DNA of 32,609 bases. It comes from Nemertoderma westbladi. Taxonomy: Eukaryota; Animalia; Xenacoelomorpha. The position numbers and the translations under genes are program-made. Below are positions 23,601 to 32,609 of this stretch, one piece after another. Every line of letters begins with the position of its first letter. Position 1 is the first letter of the stretch. The stretch spans positions 1 to 32,609 of the forward strand of contig JAUCBJ010000063.1 of NCBI GenBank assembly GCA_032718475.1. The letters are read 5' to 3'. Below the pieces are notes generated by a model, which was not told where the DNA came from, did not search any database, and worked only from the letters and a program-made list of their open reading frames with translations.

Positions 23601-26600
23601 TACTGACTCACCTACTGGACTTTCGTAATTACTGACTAGCCTACTGAACTCTCGAGTAATTACTTACTCGCCTACTGAACTCTCGAGTAATTACTGACTC
23701 ACCTACTGCACTCTCGAGTAGTTATTGACTCACCTACTGAACTCTCGAATAATTATTAACTCACCTACTGAACTCTCGAGTAATTACTGACACACCTACT
23801 GAACTCTCGAATAATTACTGACTCACCTACTGAACTTTCGAATAATTACTGACTAGCCTACTGAACTTTTGAGTAATTACTGACTCACCTACTGAACTCT
23901 CGAATAATTACTGACTCACCTACTGAACTTTCGAATAATTACTAACTCACCTACTGAACTCTCAAGTAATTACTGACACACCTAATGAACTCTCGTGTAA
24001 TTACTGACTCACCTACTGGACTTTCGTAATTACTGACTAGCCTACTGAACTCTCGAGTAATTACTTACTCGCCTACTGAACTCTCGAGTAATTACTGACT
24101 CACCTACTGCACTCTCGAGTAGTTATTGACTCACCTACTGAACTCTCGAATAATTATTAACTCACCTACTGAACTCTCGAGTAATTACTGACACACCCAC
24201 TGAACTCTCGAATAATTATTAACTCACCTACTGAACTCTCGAGTAATTACTGACACACCTACTGAACTCTCGTGTAATTACTGACTTACCTACTGAACTC
24301 TCCTGTAATTACTGACTCACCTACTAAATTATTGAGTAATTACTGACTCACTTCCTGAAGTCTCGAGTAATTACTGACTCACCTTCTGAACTCTCGAGTA
24401 ATTCTAACTCACCTACTGAACTTTCGAATAATTACTGACTCGCCTACTGAACTCTCGAGTAATTACTGACACACCTACTGAACTCTCGTGTAATTACTGA
24501 CTTACCTACTGAACTCTCCTGTAATTACTGACTCACCTACTAAATTCTTGAGTAATTACTGACTCACTTCCTGAAGTCTCGAGTAATTACTGACTCACAT
24601 ACTGAACTCTCGAGTAATTACTGACTCTCCTACTGAACTCTCGAGTAATTACTGAATGAGATACTGAACTCTCGAGTAATTACTGACTCACCTACTGAAC
24701 TCTCGAGTAATTACTGACTCACTTGCTGAACTCTCGAGTAATTACTGACTCACCTACTAAACTCTCGAGTAATTACTGACTCACATATTGAACTCTCGAG
24801 TAATTACTGACTCACCTACTAAACTCTCGATTAAAGACTGACTCACATACTGAACTCTCGTGTAATTACTGACTCACATACTGAATTCTCGAATAATTAC
24901 TGACTCACATACTGAACTCTCGAGTAATTACTGACTCACCTACTGAACTCTCGAGTAATTACTGAACGAGATACTGAACTCTCGAGTAATTACTGACTCA
25001 CCTACTGAACTCTCGAGTAATTAAACTGACTCACCTACTGAACTCTCGAGTAATTACTGACTCACTTGCTGAACTCTCGAGTAATTACTGACTCACTTAC
25101 TGACATCTCGAGTAATTACTGACTCACCTACTGAACTCTCGAGTAATTACTGACTCACATACTGGACTCTCGAGTAATTACTGACTTACCTACTAAACTC
25201 TCCAGTAATTACTGACTCACATACTGAACTCTCGAGTAATTAAACTGACTCACCTACTGAACTCTCGAGTAATGACTGAATGAGATACTGAACTCTCGAG
25301 TAATTACTGACTCACCTACTGAACTCTCGAGTAATTAAACTGACTCACTTCCTGAAGTCTCGAGTAATTACTGACTCACCTACTGGACTTTCGTAATTAC
25401 TGACTAGCCTACTGAACTCTCGAGTAATTACAAACTCACCTACTGATCCCTCGAGTAATTACTGACTCACCTCCTGAACTCTCGTATAATTCTGACTCAC
25501 CTACTTAACTCTCGAGTAATTAAACTGACTCACCTACCGAACTCTCGAGTAAGTAATAACTCACCTACTGAACTCTCGAGTAATTACTTACTCGCCTACT
25601 GAACTCTCGAGTAATTACTGACTCACCTACTGGACTTTCGTAATTACTGACTAGCCTACTGAACTCTCGAGTAATTACTTACTCGCCTACTGAACTCTCG
25701 AGTAATTACTGACTCATCTACTAAACTCTCCAGTAATTACTGACTCACCTACTAAACTCTCCAGTAATTACTGACTCACCTACTAAACTTTCGAATAATT
25801 ACTGACAGGCCTACTGAACTCTCCAGTAATTACTGACTCACCTACTAAACTCTCCAATAATTACTGACTCATCTACTAAACTCTCCAGTAATTACTGACT
25901 CACCTACTGAACTCTCGAGTAGTTGCTGACTCAGCTACTGAATTCTCGAGTTATTACTGACTCGCCTACTGAACTTTCGAATAATTATTGACACGCCTAC
26001 TGAACTCTCCAGTAATTACTGACTCACCTACTAAACTCTCCAGTAATTACTGACTCACCTACTGAACTCTCGAGTAATTATTGACTCACCTACTGAACTT
26101 TCGAATAATTACTGACACGCCTACTGAACTCTCCAGTAATTACTGACTCACCTACTAAACTCTCAAGTAATTACTGACTCACCTACTGAACTCTCCAGTA
26201 ATTACTGACTCACCTACTAAACTCTCGAGTAGTTGCTGACTCACTAACTGAACACTCCAGTAATAATTACTGACTCGCCTACTGAACTCTCGTGTAATTA
26301 CTGACTTACCTACTGAACTCTCCAGTAATTACTGACTCGCCTACTGAACTCTCGCGTAATTACTTTCTCCCCTCCTGGACTCGGGTGGTTACTGAATCAA
26401 CTACTGAACTCTGGAGTAATTGCTGACTCACCTACTAAACTCTCCAATAATTACTGACTCATCTAATGAACTCTCGAGTAGTTGCTGACTCACCTACTAA
26501 ACTCTCCAGTAATTACTGACTCATCTACTGAACTCTGGAGTAATTACTGACTTACCTACTAAACTCTCCAGTAATTACTGACTCACCTACTGAACTCTCG

Positions 26601-29007
26601 AGTAGTTGCTGACTCACCTACTGAACTCTGGAGTTATCACTGACTCACCTACCGAACTCTCGAGTAAGTAATAACTCACCTACTGCACTCTCGAGTAGTT
26701 ATTGACTCACCTACTGAATTTCGAATAATTACTGACTCGCCTACTGAACTCTCGAGTAATTACTGACTCACCTACTGAATTCTCGAGTAAATACTGACTC
26801 ACTTCCTGAAGTCTCGAGTAATTACTGACTCACCTACTGAACTTTCGAATAATTACTGACTCACCTACTGAACTCTCGAATAATTACAAACTCACCTACT
26901 GATCTGTCGAGTAATTACTGACTCACCTCCTGAACTCTCGTGTAGTTCTGACTCACCTACTTAACTCTCGAGTAATTAAACTGACTCACCTACCGAACTC
27001 TCGAGTAAGTAATAACTCACCTACTGAACTCTCGAGTAATTACTTACTCGCCTACTGAACTCTCGAGTAATTACTGACTCACCTACTGAACTCGAGTAAT
27101 TACTTACTCGCCTACTGAACTCTCGAGTAATTACTGACTCACCTATTGGACTTTCGTAATTACTGACTAGCCTACTGAACTCTCGAGTAATTACTTACTC
27201 GCCTACTGAACTCTCGAGTAATCACTGACTCACCTACTGCACTCTCGAGTAGTTATTGACTCACCTACTGAACTCTCGAATAATTATTAACTCACCTACT
27301 GAACTCTCGAGTAATTACTGACACACCTACTGAACTCTCGAATAATTACTGACTCACCTACTGAACTTTCGAATAATTACTGACTAGCCTACTGAACTCT
27401 TGAGTAATTACTGACTCACCTACTGAACTCTCGAATAATTACTGACTCACCTACTGAACTTTCGAATAATTACTAACTCACCTACTGAACTCTCAAGAAA
27501 TTACTGACACACCTACTGAACTCTCGTGTAATTACTGACCTACCTACTGAACTCTCCAGTAATTACTGACTCACCTACCGAACTCTCGAGTAAGTAATAA
27601 CTCACCTACTGCACTCTCGAATAGTTATTGACTCACCCACTGAACTCTCGAATAATTATTAACTCACCTACTGAACTCTCGAGTAATTACTGACACACCT
27701 ACTATACTCTCCTGTAATTACTGACTCACCTACTAAATTCTTGAGTAATTACTGACTCACTTCCTGAAGTCTCGAATAATTACTGACTCACCTTCTGAAC
27801 TCTCGAGTAATTCTAACTCACCTACTGAACTTTCGAATAATTACTGACTCGCCTACTGAACTCTCGAGTAATTACTGACACACCTACTGAACTCTCGTGT
27901 AATTACTGACTTACCTACTGAACTCTCCAGTAATTACTGACTCACCTACCGAACTCTCGAGTAAGTAATAACTCACCTACTGCACTCTCGAATAGTTATT
28001 GACTCACCCACTGAACTCTCGAATAATTATTAACTCACCTACTGAACTCTCGTGTAATTACTGACTTACCTACTGAACTCTCCTGTAATTACTGACTCAC
28101 CTACTAAATTCTTGAGTAATTACTGACTCACTTCCTGAAGTCTCGAGTAATTACTGACTCACCTTCTGAACTCTCGAGTAATTCTAACTCACCTACTGAA
28201 CTTTCGAATAATTACTGACTCGCCTACTGAACTCTCGAGTAATTACTGACACACCTACTGAACTCTCGTGTAATTACTGACTTACCTACTGAACTCTCCT
28301 GTAATTACTGACTCACCTACTAAATTCTTGAGTAATTACTGACTCACTTCCTGAAGTCTCGAGTAATTACTGACTCACATACTGAACTCTCGAGTAATTA
28401 CTGACTCACCTACTGAACTCTCGAGTAATTACTGAATGAGATACTGAACTCTCGAGTAATTACTGACTCACCTACTGAACTCTCGAGTAATTAAACTGAC
28501 TCACCTACTGAACTCTCGAGTAATTACTGACTCACTTGCTGAACTCTCGAGTAATTACTGACTCACCTACTAAACTCTCGAGTAATTACTGACTCACATA
28601 CTGAACTCTCGAGTAATTACTGACTCACCTACTAAACTCTCGATTAAATACTGACTCACATACTGAACTCTCGTGTAATTACTGACTCACATACTGAATT
28701 CTCGAGTAATTTTTGACTCACATACTGAACTCTCGAGTAATTACTGACTCACCTACTGAACTCTCGAGTAATTACTGAATGAGATACTGAACTCTCGAGT
28801 AATTACTGACTCACCTACTGAACTCTCGAGTAATTAAACTGACTCACCTACTGAACTCTCGAGTAATTACTGACTCACTTGCTGAACTCTCGAGTAATTA
28901 CTGACTCACTTACTGACATCTCGAGTAATTACTGACTTACCTACTGAACTCTCGAGTAATTACTGACTCAAATACTGAACTCTCGATTAAATACTGTCTC
29001 ACCTACT
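20633..29007. repeat. 31-bp satellite array, ~8.4 kb, ~270 units, intronic
   Basis: Consensus ACTCACCTACTGAACTCTCGAGTAATTACTG (variants TAAAC, CTCCAG); period 31 (e.g. 20641/20672); no unique spacers. Confidence 0.99.
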
Positions 29008-29312
29008 GGGCTCCGAGACATGGTCCGTCTCTCCTTAATGCGCGGCGGGTGGAGTTGCCGTCGTCCGCGGTCCGGAGACAATGAGTTCAGAGTTGGGGTG
29101 GATCCGGAAGTCAGAGGCCCTTCTGGGATCGATAAATAATTCAAAAGGAATGTTTTTGGGGAAAGAAGTGGTGATGTTCTAGGCGACGGAGTGTCTTCAT
29201 CATCAGTTTCTGTGGTAGTTGTTATAGTAACAATGCTTTCGCTGGCCGGTTTACTTCGAAAACGTTCCTTCAACGCCTGTTTGGAGATTTTACTGCGAAC
29301 TTTATCAGCCAT
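29003..29312 (-). CDS. First coding exon of the R-SNARE-motif protein (S/T/P/R-rich, likely disordered)
   Basis: ATG at 29312 (MADKVRSK...), GC-richer than the flanks, open for 103 codons to the donor GTA G|GTGAGA (phase 1). This matches the phase-1 acceptor at 18844 and recreates a GGC codon. Confidence 0.72.
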
Positions 29313-29809
29313 TAAAGGTTTAAATGTGTTAATGTGAAAATTATTACAAAAAACCACAAATAACTTTGTATATTAATTATTAACAATTATAGTTCTATAA
29401 ATATAGCCTAATTAATGGAAAATAATATTAAAAAATCCGAAAGCTCAAAATCATTCATACAAACTAATATTTCGCCACTAGTTCTTGGGCGCACATGTTA
29501 AAAATGTAGGCCAATTTTCATCAAATTCAAGTCCCTTTAGTTTCTCGGTATGACTGTAGGAAAACACCACTTGTCCACTATAATAGTGATCTGCTTCTAC
29601 TACATAGTACGTCCAGAGTTCGTGATAAATGTGTAACTTCACATTCCAAACGGATTTATATCCAACAAAATTATATCTTCTCTTGAGGCGGGCTTTTCTA
29701 GTCAAAAATAAACAAAAAAAAATAATAAAAAATAAAAGGAAAGTAAAGGAGCAGATTACAGAGACAACATAGCTCTGTAGGCAGAAGGTGTATGTCATTA
29801 TTGCCACAG

Positions 29810-30051
29810 CAGATAGGGGGGGGGGGGGGGGGGGGACTTGACGTAATAAAAATTCAGATTTTATGAGCAAAAATAAAACTGTAAACTGTTCTATTGAGTT
29901 CAGTTTATTGTTTTGGTTAAAATATCGTTCCAATGTAACCTGCTCCTTTCCCTAAATTGAGAATTTAACATTGAGGCGCGATATTAATTCGCCAAGGCGG
30001 GTTTTACGTCCAGTCCCCCCCCCCCCCCCCCCCCCCCCCTCCCCCTGTCTC
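29810..30051. mobile_element. 242-bp MITE with poly-G/poly-C terminal inverted repeats
   Basis: CAGATAG(G)nACTTGACGTAA ... TTACGTCCAGT(C)n..CTGTCTC; 8-bp TSD TGCCACAG at 29802-29809 and 30052-30059. Confidence 0.82.
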
Positions 30052-31392
30052 TGCCACAGAAGACAGAGCGGCATATTATCGGAGGGAGATAAAGTCCTTA
30101 TTGTTGTGCATTGTGCCGGTTGTCAGAATAATTATTAATCATAATATTAATAGTAATACAAGTTAAGCAGCCGTTTGACGTTCAAGTACTATTGGCGAAA
30201 TCCGTGATAAAATAATAAGTAATGTACAGTACAGTAATTGTTAAGCTGCCCTCTTATAGAGCCAAACGCAGTTGACGCATTTTAAAGTGGTAGCCCGTCG
30301 ACAATGGAATGTCGGTATTTAGTTGTCCATGCCTTGCGCTAATCCGTGTAAATCATTTGATTCCTAAGTGATTATTTCATATAATAGAAAAGTAGGCTGC
30401 CGACCTAATCAAAGGCTTTGATAAAGTCAATAAAATACCGACCGTTTTGGCTACCACAAAGTTACCTCAGCTGATCTGTCATTTATTAATTTATTGTACT
30501 CGTTTAGTAGAATTAAGTTTGCGCGAATACGTGTGTTGAATATTGAATCTACAGTGTTTTTAAAGTTCATGCGACTATCAAATTTCAACATTTATATTCC
30601 GCAAAAATGGGTTTCAGCTACAAAATAATTATGTCACGCTGTGACGTTATCTGGAATTCCATGTATCTTGTATCTCTATTAATTTAGCTGAAATATCTCA
30701 ATCATACACAATCACAAAAAATACCACCGCAGTGTTTCGCACTTTATATTAAAATTCAATCTCAATTCGCATATTATGGTCATGATGGATGAACCATGGG
30801 CCATGCCACAAAAACCTAATAACCAACAAGCATTGAAAGCTGCTTTTATACAGTACACCGTGTCCAGGAAACATAGTCACTTACTGTATTAGTCACTGGC
30901 TGTTGTACTGGCATGACATCAGAGAGACTGCTGTCTATTTAAATATTTGGGCTATTCAACTTCGAACCAAAACAATAAACAATTTCGTTACAAATGGAGA
31001 AGTGCAGCAGTGCATTTTACAGAAACGCGCTTTTATAACCAAATAAAAAACAGTAGGCCTATCATTACCAATTGAGGGAAATGAGCAGTTTAGAGAGTCA
31101 GACAGATATTTCTAACGGTTAGTTGTCCAAGTTGGAAATCTAGCCTGAGCAAAAACCGATAGGAGTAAACGAAATAGGTCGCCCATGTGAATAATACCAG
31201 GTTTTAACTTTTCGGTCGGAATTTGGATGAAAATTTATATATGAAGAATGTATCTATCTTTTTATTTATCGTTACCAACTATCAAGTATTTTAAAAGCAC
31301 ATATTTCCATCTTATAACCTATACAGATACTAAATTCAGTTTATTGTTTTGGTTAGATTCAGCCCATCTGTAACTGTAACCTTGGTTCTAGG

Positions 31393-31655
31393 CAGTGGCG
31401 TCGCAGCATCATCATGCGCCCCCTATACAGTGCGCATATTACCAATTGGGGTGTCGTTTCAGCCTATTTTCACATATTAACTTAATTTCGCGAATATTTA
31501 ATTTCGATATTCACAATTTAACGTACATTTTAAAGGAAAGTTACAGGTTATAATAGCAGGCTTTTCTAACCCCTGGAGCCCCCCTGGAGCCTCTCTGGAG
31601 CCCCCCTGGAGCCCCCCTGGAGTGCTGGGGTCGCAGGGGTGACGCGACGCCCCTG
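31393..31655. mobile_element. hAT-type MITE (263 bp)
   Basis: TIR CAGTGGCGTCGC / GCGACGCCCCTG. Left flank GTTCTAGG, right flank GTTCTG-GTTCTG-GTTCTAAG. Internal CTGGAGCCCCC repeats at 31573-31623. Confidence 0.85.
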
Positions 31656-31775
31656 GTTCTGGTTCTGGTTCTAAGTGAAAACCTGGTATTCTTCACATGG
31701 GAATATACTGCATCTGCAATGCAAAGTTAAATATAACGGCAGAAAGTCGGTAGATAAAAATTCATAGTTTAAATA

Positions 31776-31916
31776 TGGCGCAGTGGCGGTACGGCTAATG
31801 TGGCGTTACGGAAAGTCGCGTTACGGCTAATTTTCAGAGTAGCCGTAAAGCGACTTGAATAGTCGCGTCTACTCAAAAAGTCGCGTTACCGCTAATTGTC
31901 GCGTTACGGCTAATCT
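31776..31916. repeat. Cluster of GTCGCGTTACGGCTAA motifs; probable DNA-transposon end
   Basis: 5-6 direct copies plus one inverted copy (TAGCCGTAAAGCGAC); partner end not in the window. Confidence 0.6.
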
Positions 31917-32609
31917 ATTGTTTTACAGCATGGGAGTATCCGGGGGGGGGGGGGGGGTTGATTTTAACTAAAAAAACTTAATTTATTCATTATCGTATTA
32001 TTAATGTTGTATTGAGTACCACAGGACACAGTACCATAGGTATATTGGTCGAAAGTATATCAGTATTTTGCCGAAATATTGAACTTTGAATTTATCATTA
32101 TAATTATCAAACCAAAAGTATTTAAAACTAAAGCTCTTGAATTAGCTGTGAAGGTAACTGTGATTGAAGAGATGACCTTTAAAAGAATATGCGTATGAAC
32201 AATACTTATTATTATACAGTAGTAGGTACCCAGACTCCATATTATTGTATAATGTACAAATAATAGCCCACTGGTAGATGTTATTGTGATTCGGAATTGT
32301 TCTGTAATTGTAATTTAATTAATAATTAATTGGTAAAAATAAACAAATGTTAATTTATACGTTAAAAAAATTTGTGTACAAACAAATATAAACAAAGTCG
32401 ATTTACAACTAGCGGTAGAAGTAAGGGAGGGGTATGTTTCATGTTCACTTTTTATATGGTAAGCGAAAGCAGGGGAAGGAAGATTTGTGTAAACCAATCA
32501 GGCGAAAGCGTAATTCATAAAACTGTAGGATTAGATTGACCAGCTGGTTTTTCAACATACAGTAGTAGCATGCACACTAAACAACAGCGCATGCGTGCAT
32601 GTAGGGGTA

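Noticed and set aside
20633-29007. CRISPR array (31-bp partly palindromic repeat)
   Set aside because: Units are head-to-tail with no unique spacers, there are no cas genes, and the context is eukaryotic.
29478-29933. 151-aa ORF with poly-Pro and a hydrophobic stretch
   Set aside because: The poly-Pro comes from the MITE G-run and the hydrophobic part from an A-rich tract; the ORF crosses a TE boundary.

Overview
AT-rich eukaryotic genomic DNA, probably an invertebrate animal. The CRE-like retroelement resembles sponge-type elements, but that host call is inference. Most of the window is repeats: several RTE-clade LINE copies of different ages, a fused BEL/Pao + Gypsy pol remnant, a solo LTR, MITEs, tRNA-derived heads, a 63-bp minisatellite and an ~8.4-kb 31-bp satellite. 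One host gene can be reconstructed on the minus strand: exon 1 (29312-29003) joined in phase 1 across a 10,158-bp GT-AG intron to exon 2 (18844-18573). It encodes a 193-aa protein with a low-complexity N-terminus and a C-terminal R-SNARE (synaptobrevin/tomosyn/amisyn-like) motif. Three results stand out. (1) The 31-bp satellite is a ~270-fold amplification of this gene's own exon1/intron junction, so most units carry TAG|GTGAGT. (2) An in-frame hydrophobic, VAMP-like tail lies directly behind the TGA stop. (3) A type III-topology hammerhead ribozyme motif (4391-4465) sits inside a nested inverted-repeat structure. All calls were made by eye; no database searches were run.
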